Source: Lama glama (Eukaryota). Taken from it: DNA of 64,000 bases. Shown here one piece after another: positions 24,346 through 37,665 of this stretch. The translations under genes were made by a program, and so were the position numbers. The stretch lies in contig CM052818.1 of NCBI GenBank assembly GCA_028534125.1, positions 17,424,001-17,488,000 on the forward strand, read 5' to 3'. How positions within the stretch are numbered: the first letter of the stretch is position 1; each line of letters opens with the position of its first letter. The notes beneath the pieces are model-generated. The model saw nothing but the letters and a program-made list of their open reading frames with translations. It was not told the DNA's origin and made no database searches.

Positions 24346-27300
24346 ATATCTTCATTTTCTTATGTTGTAGTCCACAGGCTAATGAGCGGTTTGATAGGTG
24401 TCGAGCAGCTGTGATAGCAGCATGTCTCTTTATTTATTGATGAAAATCCCAGTGGAGAATTGTGTCTGGAATAGAAAAATAGCTCAAACCATGTCAGTGC
24501 TGAATGGGAGAAAATATACAAAGGGGAAAAAAAGCTTGCAAGAGAGAATTTGTAATCTGCTGATCAGTGGTGTCATCTTTAGAAAGAAGTCATCAAGGAT
24601 GAAAATGTGAGATTTGGACATTAATGGAAAAGTAAAACTTTCTTAAAGCAAAACATCAGAAAAAAACAATAATACTGTGAGGGGGAAAGGTTGCATTATT
24701 TTAGTGTCTTTAATATAGAGACAATAAACAGCATTACATTTTAAGTTAATTAAAAGATGACTCTGATTCATCAACTTGTTGTGCTAGAAGCTGCCCTGCC
24801 CAATACCTATTCCAACTTTTTCAGTTTTGGATCTGGTATCCAAGTCCCAAAGAAACTACTTGATTAGATGTCCATGATCAATTGATTAGTTAATGTACAG
24901 GTAAGAATGTGTCCCCAGACAGAACTTCAGCTTCTCAGTCAAGGGCCCACTATGCTCCCAGCCCCTTCCCTAGATGACAAAATAGGATGGAAAGGTATTT
25001 GAACTCAACAACATTGGTCGTTGCCAACAAGCATTGGCTATTTGACCAGGGTTTTCAAATTTCTGAGATATAGTCTATCAAGAAAATTCTGTGTATGCTA
25101 CTCCAACACTTGATAAAGCGTTTTAAAATAGGAAAGTGGGAGGATAAGAACAGTATTAAATTTATTAGTTGAGAGACTATAGATGCACTTTCTGTGTATA
25201 TGAAATGTGCTTATATACATAATAACTGTACATCTGCCCATATTCTATATATTTTCTTGTCTTGCCTCCATATTGATTGCACCAATAATAAATATATCTG
25301 TGTTCCTTGATTAGGAAGATGGTAGGCATGGGGTAGAAAGAAACCATAGAAAATTATTTGATCTTGAGTCACAAAATGGGACTAGCATATTAGATGATAA
25401 TCCAAATGTTACTAAAATTTAAACAATATAAACATACGTTCTTTGCCATGCTACTTTTAACGGTGTTAAGAAACTTCTCTGGAATTCTAATCAGTAACGA
25501 TGTTTTAACATTATATATAAAAAAAAGAAATGTCTTAAAGCATTTCTCAGCTATAGAAGTTAGAACAATTGTTAGACTTCAGGGAGTGATTCTACCACAG
25601 TCACAGATACAGTAAGAAATGGCATCTAAAGATTTGACTCCAGACAGTATCGCTAACGTTATATTCTGCTTTTGCATTCCTTTCTACTGGTTTGAGAATC
25701 AGAATAGAAACTGTTAATATTATATTTTAAATCATTAATATTTTTAGTTGTTTCAACAGAAATAGAAAGTTGGATGATGGTACAATTCCATTATCAAGTA
25801 GTATTTCTGTCTTTCTTCTAGAAGAGTTACTCTTGCCCAGTTACTGCCAGTTTCTTAGTCTACACAACAGGATAAGAAGCAAATACGGAAATGTCTGGCT
25901 GGAAGGGGAGAGAGGGGTGAAAATCAAAAATAATGCCAGGGGGAAAAGCTGTCTTTGTAAGATTACCTCTTCCCCATTATGCATAAACTGGTAAATATTT
26001 TAAAGAGCCTTTTTCTCCTCACTATCTAAACAGAGCACTAGTATTAATAGGACATTTTAAAAGTGATATTACAAATATGCAGTGTAATAGACCATTAGTC
26101 TATAAAATGCAAATGACCTTTGAAGTTTAGTACAAAATGCAAAATCGCTATTGAGACACTGCAGTTTGTTATATTATGAGCAAAGATCATGCATAATGCA
26201 ATGGGGAGAAAGGGAGCAGCCCGATCACGCACAGTCATTTCAACTCAATTCTGTGGACATGAAGAATTGATCTTAGAAGTCATCTCTGATGAGGTTTGGC
26301 TGGGTCCGAGTAGCTTCTCCAGGGGAATATGTTTGGTTCTCGTTTTGCATCCTCTGCATATTTATAGGATACAGAATAAGAATGATTTTAATTATGCATG
26401 GACTGAAGTTCAGCTCTTGATATATTTGAGGTTTTAACTGTTCAGGTGAAACCGTTCAAACCTCCACAGATTATCCAGTTGCTCTCTCATTGGGCACGAA
26501 AAACGGTTGTGCAAACCCTTCATCTGCAGAGCCAATACTAAGTTGATGACACTTTTATTCTCCCCAAAGATCGCCTCAAATTGATCGTAAAGTGAAGTTT
26601 TATAGCTTTCATTCTGTCAATTAAAGTTGTTTTCAGGAAGTATAAAAACGTGTAAAGTTAATTGTTATCCTTTAATGAATGGAAAGGGGAAAATAGAAGA
26701 TCACAAACAAATCTCTCTAAATTGGGCTAGTCCGTGGGTGTCCCTTTGGATCGCCATCATTAAATGAACCTCTGATTCATCCTGAATTCTTGTAAAAATT
26801 TCTTAGAGAAACCCATTGCTTTGGAAATCACATAGATTTTTCCAAATTGAGTAAAGTAAAACCCAGGGAAGTTAAGCAACTTATTCAATGTCGTAGAGCA
26901 GAGATGATACTCCAAGTTTTCTGACTTCCAAACAGTCTCTTTCAAAGGGAAATGTCGTATCTAGAATGTTAGTCCATTTGTAAACTGTGGCACTTAACTG
27001 TTATTTTAAAGTTGAAGGATGGAAGAGTAAAGACGTTGAAATAAGTTCCTGAACTTTTAATAAAATTTAAGGAAAATGTGTAGCCCACCTGTGGCATAAG
27101 CGTAGCTAGAAATTATGGATTTGTATTCCTTTGTTTGTAATTGAAATTTAGCCTTTAGGATAAGGTCGCAATATGGTGAAGTGATGCTTAAAACATCAAG
27201 AGAGTGTCCATACAAGATACCTGGAGTCTTTCATTGGCTGCTGGAACACTAGTGAACTACTGCAGCCTTCAAACTAAGCTATGGATAATTAACACAGGCA

Positions 27301-27419
27301 TAGACAAGTTTGAAAGTGGGATGTCTTGGGAACACAAAACCAAGACATAGATTAGCTCAAGTCAGTTCATATTTTGATGAATTTCTGTAACATCCACTTG
27401 ACCGCTACTTAACTGAAGC

Positions 27420-27590
27420 CAGACTTCCTGAGTCCAAGCGCAGTTCAACCATATTCTGATTGAGTGACCAGCATAGCCAGTTAAATTGGTGAACGCGTCA
27501 CTCAATTCATAGGTTTGTCGTTAAGACAAAAGGAGTTAAAGTACGTAACAGACAGGTAGTAATTACTTGCATAAGTATCAGCCATTACTG
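27420..27590 (+). mobile_element. MIR SINE (degraded)
   Basis: ttcataggtttgtcgttaagacaaaaggagttaaagtacgtaa...ataagtatcagccattac. Confidence 0.55.
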
Positions 27591-29309
27591 ACATCACTGC
27601 TTATAGTGATATTATTGTTATCAGCAGTGCAGCTTTTCCAAATTAAAAGAGAATATGTTCCTTGAGATCCATTTGTGATCCCAAAATGATAATGGACATA
27701 AAATATTAAAAGAAAATTATATGAGTTATTGACCTCATTATTCTGTGAGTATCTTACTGTTAACTGAAAAATTTTATAGTTGATACCATTGAAGTACTTA
27801 CTAATCCCAGTGCTTAATATATAGAAGGTAAGTTTCCAATTTAAAAGAAAATTAGATATATTAGTGGGACCATAAATTGCAAGCTTTATTCAGGGCAACA
27901 ACAGCGGATGCACTGATTTAACAATTTTTGCATGTTGTCAGTGGTGGCTGAAGAGAGAAAAGTCTACCCAAGGCTACATATGATATTGATCAATATTATG
28001 TCACAGTTTATGAATATCACTAAAAAATGCTATGAAACAAGAGGCAGAAAGAAATGGTAAATGGCTGAGCAGTTGTACCACAGTTTTGTTTAATACGTAA
28101 AGGAAGAAGTTATAAGATGTGCGTTGGACAATACTGGAGCATGTGCAAACTCTAAAAACTTTATTAAAAGCTGAATTTGATGTATTTAGAGGAACTCAGA
28201 TGTTGAAGTCTTTCATATCAGAGTTTTTGTTTTGAAGCAATTTCTTTCATCAGTGTTATGCTACCACTATTCTGTTGTTGGTGAAGATAGGAAGGAACAT
28301 CAACAATTGAATTATTTTTTTATGAGAATGAATAAAGCAAACATGTTAACTAATCAAATTAAGTCCAACTGAATAATAACAAGAAAATAACATTGTTGCA
28401 CAAGAACATTGACTCTGTAGCAAAAGGAAAATACGCTCTTTAATACAAGAGTAGTTGCCTTATGAATCACGCTGGGTTTAAGTATCCTTCAAAAACATTT
28501 CAAAAGGGATGTTCCAAATAATAGCTCAAAATGTCCCTTTTAAAATATTTATTTTTACTACAAAGTATGTATACATTATTCCAAGTTTTTTGTCTGTGTG
28601 CAGATTTATGCATTATGTTACAAAATAATATTATATAAACTATTTTGGAAATGTCTATGACAGTTACTAATAGCTCAGAAATACATACCCATGTCATTAT
28701 ATTGTGTACCATTATCATCATTCTAGATTGCTATGTAGTATTTTATTGAATGGATGTTCACTGATTTGCTTAATCAAATTATTTTCGGAATGTATCTGAA
28801 AGACAAATGTAATTATAGCAGCTTTACATTAAACTCTACAGTCAACCTATTAAAAAATACATTTTATGCTTCAAAGACAATGGTACTATAATAACCATGA
28901 AAAAGCTAACTATTGTCTAAATCAGATTTCTTATTGCATTGAATAATATAACCTCATCTGATGTGTAAATGAATTAAGTACTAAAATTGAGTAAATATTT
29001 ATAACTCCTTCTGGGATATAAATACAGTTTTTTTTGCAGCTACAGATAGAACCACTAAATAGAATGTATGACAATTATAGATCTTAGAAACCAAGTCCTA
29101 CTTTGGATAAAGTTCTATTTTAGAATGTTATTTTTTCAAACTTTATTGGAGCATGTTCTCTCTTTCTAAACATTTTTATTTATACAGCATATGAAAAATC
29201 TATTCTTTATATTTTAGGTAGATTTTATTTTAGGTAGGTTATATTTTTAACCAATTTTTTTTACAATACTATATATTTGAAAAAATAAACATCAATTTGT
29301 TTAAAAAGT

Positions 29310-29918
29310 TAATACACTGTGGTACAGTCATACCATTGACGGCTATGCAACAAAAAGAGGAAGAAACTGTTGATACACACAGCAGCTTAGATTGATTTCA
29401 AAGGAACTGTGCTGAGTGAAAAAGGTCCATCTCAAAAGTGTACGTACTGAATGACTCCATTGATGTGACATTCTTGAAATGACACCATTATAGAGATGAA
29501 GAAGAGATTAGTGGTTTGCCAAGGGTTAGGGTGGGAGGAGGGGGAGAGGACACATGTGGCTATAAGGAGGTAGCAAGAAGGAATCTTACGGTGATGGAGT
29601 AGTTCTGATCTTGATGTAGTGATAGTTACATGTGTCTATACATGCAGCAAAATTGCACAGAACTATGCATACACACATACATACACACACACAGTTGCTT
29701 TTAAAACCAGCGACAGTGGAATAAACCCTGTGGATTGTACCAATGTCAGTTTCCCCTTTTTGATATTGTACTGTGGTTAATCAAGATACTGTCGTTGGAA
29801 GAAACTGGGTGGAGTACTCGGGACCTCCTGGTACCTTTTTGAAACTTTCTGTGGATCTATATATGAATAGCAAAATTAAAGTAAATGAAGGAAATGTTTT
29901 AAAATTTAAAAAAAAAAA
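29310..29918 (+). mobile_element. Old L1M (L1MC/MD-like) 3' end with A tail
   Basis: actgtggtaca...gctgagtgaaaaagg..atctcaaaag...ttatagagatgaagaagagattagtggtttgccaagggttaggg...gtggattgtaccaatgtcagtttcc...gaaactttctgtggatctat, ending in polyA. Confidence 0.88.
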
Positions 29919-30540
29919 ATGTTCAGAGAGTTTTTGTCCAGGCTTGGAGTAGTTTGAAAGAGAGACTAAGTCGATAGAAAACAGCATTGTTCTTTTAAAG
30001 GCACTCTGCTGCTACCAGTAGTGCCTTAGTTAATATGGGAAATGTCAAACTATTATTCTAACTTCAAACTCTTTTTTTAGGATAATTGCCTGTACACTTG
30101 AGCTTTAAAATAGCCATATACATTTTAGACAAAGTTATCATTTAAGATAGAATATATCCATAAAGAAAGTTTTATGCATCTCTGAGTAAAGTATATAAAA
30201 TATTTAGTGTAGCATTCTTAATTTATTTATGTATTATAATTGCATCTCTCCTTTAAGAAAAAAAGAGAAAAAAACCTTTCAGTAGTCTATCAATCTCTTT
30301 TAAGGATAAATGGCATTTAATTGCAAATCTTTCTATAATAACTGGAAATAACAATAACTTGCAACATGCACCATTTTTTTATCTCACTTTGGTCTCTCCC
30401 TGGGCCTGTGGGTTGGACCAAATGAAAATTTATTGTCTCCATTTAAAAAATTAATACCCTGAAGTTAAAAGCACCATTGTTAATCAATGACAGAGGATTA
30501 GAACTCACTTCTAATTTTTACAACACCCTTTTCTTTAAAA

Positions 30541-30825
30541 ATTTTTTTCTTTTTCTTTCTTTCTTTATATTATATATATAATTTTATTGAAGTATATCAG
30601 TTTACAGTGTTGTCAGTTTCTCATGTACAACATAGTGTTTCAGTTATACATATATTTACACATACATTCTTTTTCATTATAGGTTACTACAAAATATTGA
30701 ATAAAGTTACTTGTGCTATACAGTATAAGCATCTTGTTTATCTATTTTATATATAGTAGTTAGAATCTGCAAATCTCGAACTCTCAATTTATCCCTTCCC
30801 ACCTCCTCCTGCCACCCCTCCCCTT
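30541..30825 (-). mobile_element. L1 3' UTR fragment (cetartiodactyl-type)
   Basis: T-rich tail, then ttttattgaagtatatcagtttacagtgttgtcagtttct...aaatctcgaactctcaatttatcccttccc, homologous to the other L1 ends in the window. Confidence 0.88.
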
Positions 30826-32989
30826 AATACTACACTTTTTTTTCTACTAATCTATTCCTATTTCATTCAGCATTATTGTACTTTGTCTCATTTTGGCTTG
30901 TGAAGGTTAGGAAGGTCAGTCAGTACACACTATCTAGGCATCTTTCATGTACAGTCTGTACAGTGTGCAGCAGCTCAGGATGAGACTCACCCACCTTCTT
31001 GTCCAAAATCTACTGGCAAACTAATTCTGTGATTTTGAATAATTTCAGTACTCTTTGAATTCAGTTCCCTCACAGGTAAAATGAACATAAGAGTGTGTTT
31101 AAACTTCAGTGCTGTTCCAATACTTTGTCAAATATATGTTCCCTTCCTACTATGTTGAGTTACAGTCCTCTTAAATATTTTGAGATGGCCCATTCTAGGA
31201 GGCTTCTCTGATTGATCACATGCCACCAAGCTGTACTGATTTCTAGGCTGGGTAGGAAGCTCTTTTATTTTAATTTTATTTCACCACTGATTCTTAAGAA
31301 AGAGGGTATTTGCAAATTTGGATGTCCAAAAAAGTGCTATTAATTTTATAGTAGTCTTGAAATATTTTCTTTACTAACCCTTAAGAAAAGAAATGAGCTC
31401 TTTGTGGAGCTGTTGGCAGTTTTATTTTAAGTGCTAATTAGATTATATCTCCATATTGACCTTGGTGTGCCAAGACGTCAGCCTTTTTCTTTTTATCCAA
31501 CCTGAGTTTGTGCACATATGGTCGAGACTTCCCTGCTGACAGCTATTTCTCAGAATATGTGAGCTTTATGGTTCTTGGGTTTTAGATACAATGTTTATTG
31601 CTTTTGTCGCCTCATTTTACAGCAGACTCAGCTGATGATTTTACTATTTTATGACCTATGATTTTTATGTTCTAAGACGTGTAAGACCTTACTTACCTCT
31701 AAAAATGTCTCTTTCCCTTTTTGTTCATAACTTTACAAATTTCTTACAGTCAGGGACCACATCTGATTTGTCTCTAAACACACAGCACTAATCAAAATAG
31801 CTGGGACTTCAGTAGACAAACAATTGTGGAAGAGAACTACATTTTAAATATGTACTGGAAATAAATAATATTTTTAACAATTTGATTTGACTCCTTCTGC
31901 AATTTTCCGATGATTTTGTTTACTCATATGCAATTAAAAATACAGATGGAGATACTGCTTATATCTTCATAGTAAAATATATGAATATTATATATCTATT
32001 AACTCTGGTGGCTAAATGAAAGTTCAGAAGAAGTACTCTGTGTCCTTTCAGCCTTCGAATAAAGTATGCATGATGGCTGCAAAGAAAATTTTTCTGAGCT
32101 TCTTACTGTCAGAATTACGAGGAGTGTAGCCAAATCAATCAATAATCCTTTAGTTTTTAAACTGCTTGAGACATTTGGAGATGGAAAGGTTATAGGAGAA
32201 TCTACTCGTCTGCCAGGGCTGAGTAGTACACAAAGTGTTCCTGTCCTTCTTGGGAATGAACCAGCACAAGCAGAGGACCCTGAAGGCATAGCTTCTGAAA
32301 GAACACAATGAATTTATATTTGAAATCCTGAACATAACATTTCTTCCAAGTACTTTTTAAGAGGTCATACCCTCCAGAATTACATCTCTTTGGCAATTTA
32401 CAAGCATTACAGAGCCCTTATTGAAATGTTTTCATGAAGATTTAGGACTTAGATTTATTTACTAATTTGGTAAGAGGGCAGCAAAGGGAAAAATTTCCTT
32501 GTTAGTTGTGAGCAGGATAATATTTATTGGAAGAGATGATATTACTATGAGAAATAATTTTCCTTGTGAGTGTTATGACCATATAAGGAGCTATATTAAT
32601 TTTTTTTTGTTCACTCAGGTAGCACAATCAGTGAAAAAGTCAGATTTTACAGCAGATAGTTTCAATGTATTTTACTTAGATAATGGGTATTTCCATCAAT
32701 TGTAATAGCATTCCGTAGATTTACAAAGCAACATTTAACTACCTTAAATATTGTTGTCTGCACTAAGTGATTTTAACATTTGAAATTTGAAACTATACAG
32801 AAGTGTTGAAGTGATTGGGTGGTAGAACAGGACAATCGAGAGCAGAAAAATTACTTTTAGGTAATGGGACTTTATAAAAGTCTTCAGGAAAGAAACACAG
32901 ATTGAGTAAAGCTATTCTAAGGCAAAGTAATTTGGAATTTATGAGACTGATCATTTTGGTCACATGATGGTATACATTCATATTTGTCA

Positions 32990-33400
32990 GCATACTAAAA
33001 GTTAGCTGTTAAAAGTAACAACTCAAAATATCCATGGCTTTACGTAATAAAGATTTATTTTTGACACAGAGCATAATCAACCATAGTTCAATGTCAGGGG
33101 TGGAAGCTTTACTTCACATAGTAATTAAAGGGCCCAGGCTTCTTCCATGTTGTGGCTCTACCATCCTTTAAGGGCTCTGAATCCTCCACTGCATACAGAT
33201 CTTTTGCATCCTGAGGTTAGATAAAGCAAGAACAAGAATGCAAACAAGGAACATTTGCTCTTAGGCATCTTGGGCTGGACTTGTCACACAGTATTTCCAC
33301 TCATGTTATTGGTGAGAACTAGAGAGAACATGGCACAGAAAGAGACAGGGAACTGTGATCTGACAGTGCTCCCAAGTAGAATAAAACGTAGCATTGTCAC
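32990..33400 (-). mobile_element. Old MaLR LTR (MLT1K/L-like)
   Basis: ttagctgtt...catggctttacgtaataaagatttatt...gggcccaggcttcttccatgttgtggctctaccatc...tttccactcatgttattggtgagaactag. Confidence 0.7.
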
Positions 33401-33834
33401 TGCCCAACATTCAAAAAATGCAATAGAAATATAATTATAGCAATTCTAGAAACTAAACCCAGGAGGTATAGCTCCAAGTCCATGCTGTTAAACACCGTCC
33501 TATTCTGGCTCTCCTTATGGGCAAGAAATATGTTGTTAGGGATATAAGATATATGCCATAAACAGATGAAAGTAAAAGAACAGATGCTTTTAATTTAGGT
33601 GAAACTATTTCTGGATGTCTATTTCCAAGAGATTTCTGGACAAAGCAGCTCCACGGATGGACTGGCTGATAAGGCCACCCTCCTCCTGTTCTCCCAACAG
33701 CTTTCCCTTTGATTTGACCTGAAACCTCTATACATGTTCATTCTCCTCCGAGGCCACACTACCTGGGCAGGCCTGCAATAAACATGAGAAATAGTAGCAT
33801 GTCATAAAGAGGAGAGGCAGCCTACAAAGGGCTT

Positions 33835-34110
33835 ATGTGCATGGCTTTTAGGGCCAGCCTGCCTTGATACAAGTCCTTTCTCAGCCATTTACTAGCTATG
33901 AGACCTTGGCTAATTACCTAATTAATTGATCTTTGAATGTCTCAGTTCCATTGTCTGTAAAATGTAGGACTTTATTTCTGCATTTATGCATTTATTTATA
34001 AATATGTATATGTGTGCACATACATAGATTTGTTAGAATTAAATGAGTTAATACTTGTAAAAAATGAAATAAATATCAAGCATATTCTAAGTGCTGTATA
34101 AATGTTAAAT
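33835..34110 (+). mobile_element. MIR SINE
   Basis: ggctttta...ccatttactagctatgagaccttggc...tctcagttccattgtctgtaaaatg...gaattaaatgagttaatacttgtaaa. Confidence 0.8.
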
Positions 34111-34112
34111 GA

Positions 34113-34160
34113 AAGGAAGGAAGGAAGGAAGGAAGGAAGAGGGAGGGGTGGGAGGAAAGA
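34113..34160. repeat. (GGAA)n / purine-rich simple repeat
   Basis: aaggaaggaaggaaggaaggaaggaagagggaggggtgggagg. Confidence 0.9.
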
Positions 34161-34351
34161 AAAAAAGAGACACTGTGTGCACTGGGGATCCAAATGGAAG
34201 GAAAAAGTTTTTAAGATCTTGAATTTTGAAATGTTTTCTGATTTAAATGAAACCTTCCATTCTGATGATGGAGTATATCCTTCTCAAATTTCTTAGTGAT
34301 GCTATTTGCCAAAGGCTAATTTTATTGGGATAATGTATATTTTAGCTATGT

Positions 34352-34385
34352 CGTGTGTGTGTGTGTGTGCGCACACGCGCGTATG
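34352..34385. repeat. (GT)n-(GC/AC) alternating purine-pyrimidine tract
   Basis: cgtgtgtgtgtgtgtgtgcgcacacgcgcgtatg. Confidence 0.9.
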
Positions 34386-35083
34386 ATTTGCCCCTGCTTT
34401 ATTCTCTGTTCTTTTCTTTTAATGGGGTAAATAATAGTTTATTTTACATATTAAATGACATTGTTTAAAGTAAATAAGTATTAGATACAAAGTATTATTC
34501 CCAGTGATTATAATAGAGAGTAAACACTCGGCTTGATTCTTACTTCTGGCCTGAAAGTAGCTGTTTCTCCTATGTAGAGTCCTTAAAATTCTTATTTTAG
34601 AAAGAGTAGTCTGCTTATAATATTTGATATGTGCTTTCTGGAAATACATTTAATTTGAGAAAGTTATGAGATAAGGGTTGGGATAAAACTATATTCAAGT
34701 TTTTAACGTTTGTTTGATGATGAATTAAAGAGCTTGTGTGGAATATTAGCTAAGGTACATTTAGAAGATAATTATTACCCGAAGAAGCTTCTTGTATAAT
34801 TTTAGTTAAAGATTCATGTTTATGACCCAGTTATAAAATGTCGTACATAGAAGAATATCCTGTGTAAACACTGACACAAACTTAATTACATCAGTGTGAA
34901 TGTACTTGCTATAATTTTAATCTAAAGAGTTAGACTCTGTTGTTCAAATAGCACTTACTTAAAGCACAGCCAGTGCCTGCCTGCAGCTCTCAACCATGAC
35001 GCTTCTGATGGAAACTATGGTATGGAAAGTTTATAAATGCAAACCCACCCTTAGTCTAAGTCTATCAAATGGATTCCTTTAAA

Positions 35084-35292
35084 CAAAGTTTCTCGAACAT
35101 GGCACTATTGACATGTTGGACCAAATGTTCTCTGTCATGGGGGTTGTCCTGTGAATTACAAGGTTTAGCAGTATCTCTGTTCTCTGTGCACTAGATGCCA
35201 ATAGCATTCCCTAGTGTGACAAATAAAAATGTTTCTGGGTACCCTTGAATATGCCCTTGGGGGTCAAAATTAACTCAGGTTGAAAAACACTG
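35084..35292 (-). mobile_element. MER20 (hAT-Charlie MITE)
   Basis: tttctcgaacatggcactattgacatgttggacc...cactagatgccaatagca...gtgacaaataaaaatgtttct...caggttgaaaaacactg is the MER20 reverse complement, near full length. Confidence 0.9.
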
Positions 35293-36421
35293 CCTAAAAT
35301 TACTGGAACAATAAAACCCCACACCTTTTCCTATACTGATTTTTTCAAAATGTAGGAAAAGAGTTTCAGTCCTTTTTTTGTCAAATGAAGTTTTTTTCAA
35401 TAAATGAAGATATTGTCTCAATGAAATAGACATTTGCTTTTTCAAAAAATAACATCATCCCCCAAACCTTCAACACTCTCAAACGGCTGTCTCTTTGGCA
35501 GGAGAAGAGTTCAGATTTTACTGATTTTCATTACAGTTGTCGGTAACAGACTGACAGCTGCTAAATATGAACCCTGTAGTATAATAAATCTTTGAAATTA
35601 ACTTCTAAGCCTCAATTGCCAATTTTTATTCTATTGTGTCTTTATAGGAGCAGATGCTTCTGACAAATTTTCAGTGTTGTTCTAAGAGAAGAAAACAGCT
35701 GACAGCTTCATCCCCTGGCTTTTTCTCCAGGCTCACATCTAAAATCACATTTCAGGAAATCCTTAGTTCTAAATATCTTCTAAATTGGTTGAAACCTAGG
35801 TCACAGCACATTGCTGGTAATCTGAACCCTTAAAACCCACACTTATTCATAGATTTAGATTGAGTATCATTCTCTCTATGGAGTGTATACATGGTTAGGA
35901 CCATAGTTTAATGCCCCTTGCCATAACAGCCTTATAATAAGATCATTTAGATGCTTTCACATCTAATGGCTCTTGCATGGGTTCTAATTAATAGGTTTCT
36001 TTTACTGAATTTTAATCCAAAGTGAATTATGTGATGGCACTATTCCTGTGATCTACTCCTAAAACCAATCTGTTACCAATAACAATGAAAGGTAGAATGC
36101 TATACTTCTTCATTTGGAAGAGCTTTCTTTTTGTACTCAGTGGTTACATATAGTAAAGGTATATAGATCTTTATAATGTCTCTCTGTGAGAACATTCATG
36201 GTTGTGATTTTCCACAATGAATGGAGGATGTGATGCTCAGCTAGAAAATGGGGGTGAGCAGACTTTGAGAGGATGGGAACACTCAAAAGAGGAACAGCAC
36301 AAACCCGAGAGCAGTGTCTACCACTCTGAGAACAAGCACACCTCGATGAGTTGGGATTTATAGCTCCAGCGTATAGGGGGTAAAGCTTAAGAGAGACTCT
36401 CAACACACAACTGGCAATGGG

Positions 36422-36425
<4 letters not shown>

Positions 36426-36479
<54 letters not shown>
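36426..36479. repeat. (GA)27 perfect microsatellite
   Basis: 54 bp of uninterrupted GA repeat. Confidence 0.97.
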
Positions 36480-36481
<2 letters not shown>

Positions 36482-37571
36482 AAATTCAAGGAGAAATACA
36501 AGAAGGTAAATGGGACCAGAGCCTTGGCAGTAACAAAATATGGAAGCCAACCATCTTTACTGACACTTACAGACACTAATACAGGATTTTAAACTTCATT
36601 CTTTTCCAATCAATGATATCTTTTTTGACCTAGAAGATCAAGGAAAAAAGTCTTTTAGAACAAAACTGAGTTCTTAGAAAAAGGAAAGACTGGGGGCGAG
36701 GAAAGAGAGGATCTAACACTTACCAAGAGTCTACCACGTTCTAGGTTCTGTGCCAAGCTCTAGGAGGGACTTCTTTTTGTTAGTCAAAGAATGGCTATGT
36801 GGTTTTGAAAAATCTTTTTTAAAAAGGGGAGGGTGGGTAATTTTGAAAAAATAATAATCCGTGGAGAATATTTCAAAGTAATTGGGAATGAGAAAGCATA
36901 TTTTCTTTTTGTTTTTCCTTCCCCTTGCGGCTCTTAAAAGGTATGAAGATTTTGCCTTTTTTTATTTTTATTTTTTAAATTTAGAAAATTAATAGTACAC
37001 TTCTAGGATTATGCTTTGAAGAATTTCTAGCACTACCTTTCTCTGAGGTTACCAAATCAGGCCTGTCCCTGACGTTGCCTGTAGTCAAAACGACAGTTCT
37101 CACAACAGTCCTCATTTTCCAACATAACCTAATGAACTCATCAAATTCATGGGATGGCCATTGCCAGTACTGTGGGCTGAGGACAACAGGAAAGTAAATA
37201 TATTGATGAAATTAACTTACTGGGCTATTTTTCGTTCCTCCTAATAAACAAAAGAGTAAAACTCATCGGAAGAGTAATGTCACGAAACAAATATTTATGT
37301 ATCAATGTGAGAAGACAAAAAAGTTTAGGGCTCAGTTATGAATGATCCATATATCTCTGATCTGGCTTTCTGCTACTGGAAAGGCAAGACATTGAATTGT
37401 TTTACCAGTGGTTCTGAACCAGTGAAAAGACGGTTCGCATATTCTCAAAAGGTTACTGTGCACCTCTAGTATTCCAGGCAAGGAGTAAGGGACAAAAAGA
37501 CAAATAAGGCAATTTATTTCTTGCCTCAGAGGAATTGAAAGCTTAGTGTTTCTACATTTGATTTGTCAGTC

Positions 37572-37665
37572 AATTGCAATACAGAGCATTAAAAAAAAAA
37601 TCTTAAGTTGATTTGAATTGCAATACAGAGCATTAAAAAATCTTTAAAAATCTTAAATTGATGTG
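37572..37665. repeat. Tandem duplication, about 44-50 bp unit x2
   Basis: aattgcaatacagagcattaaaaa...tcttaa(g/a)ttgat(t/g)tg at 37572-37615 and 37616-37665. Confidence 0.9.

Noticed and set aside
26435..26615. Minus-strand stop-free frame NESYKTSLYDQFEAIFGENKSVINLVLALQMK...
   Set aside because: About 60 codons, within chance range, with a weak acceptor and no recognisable homology.
29523..29544. G-quadruplex motif gggttagggtgggaggaggggg
   Set aside because: It lies in the G-rich part of an old L1 3' UTR, where such motifs are common. The single ttaggg is not a telomeric array.
31999..32396. Four overlapping ORFs on both strands
   Set aside because: None resembles a known protein. The acceptor-like site at about 32051 leads to early stops in all three frames.
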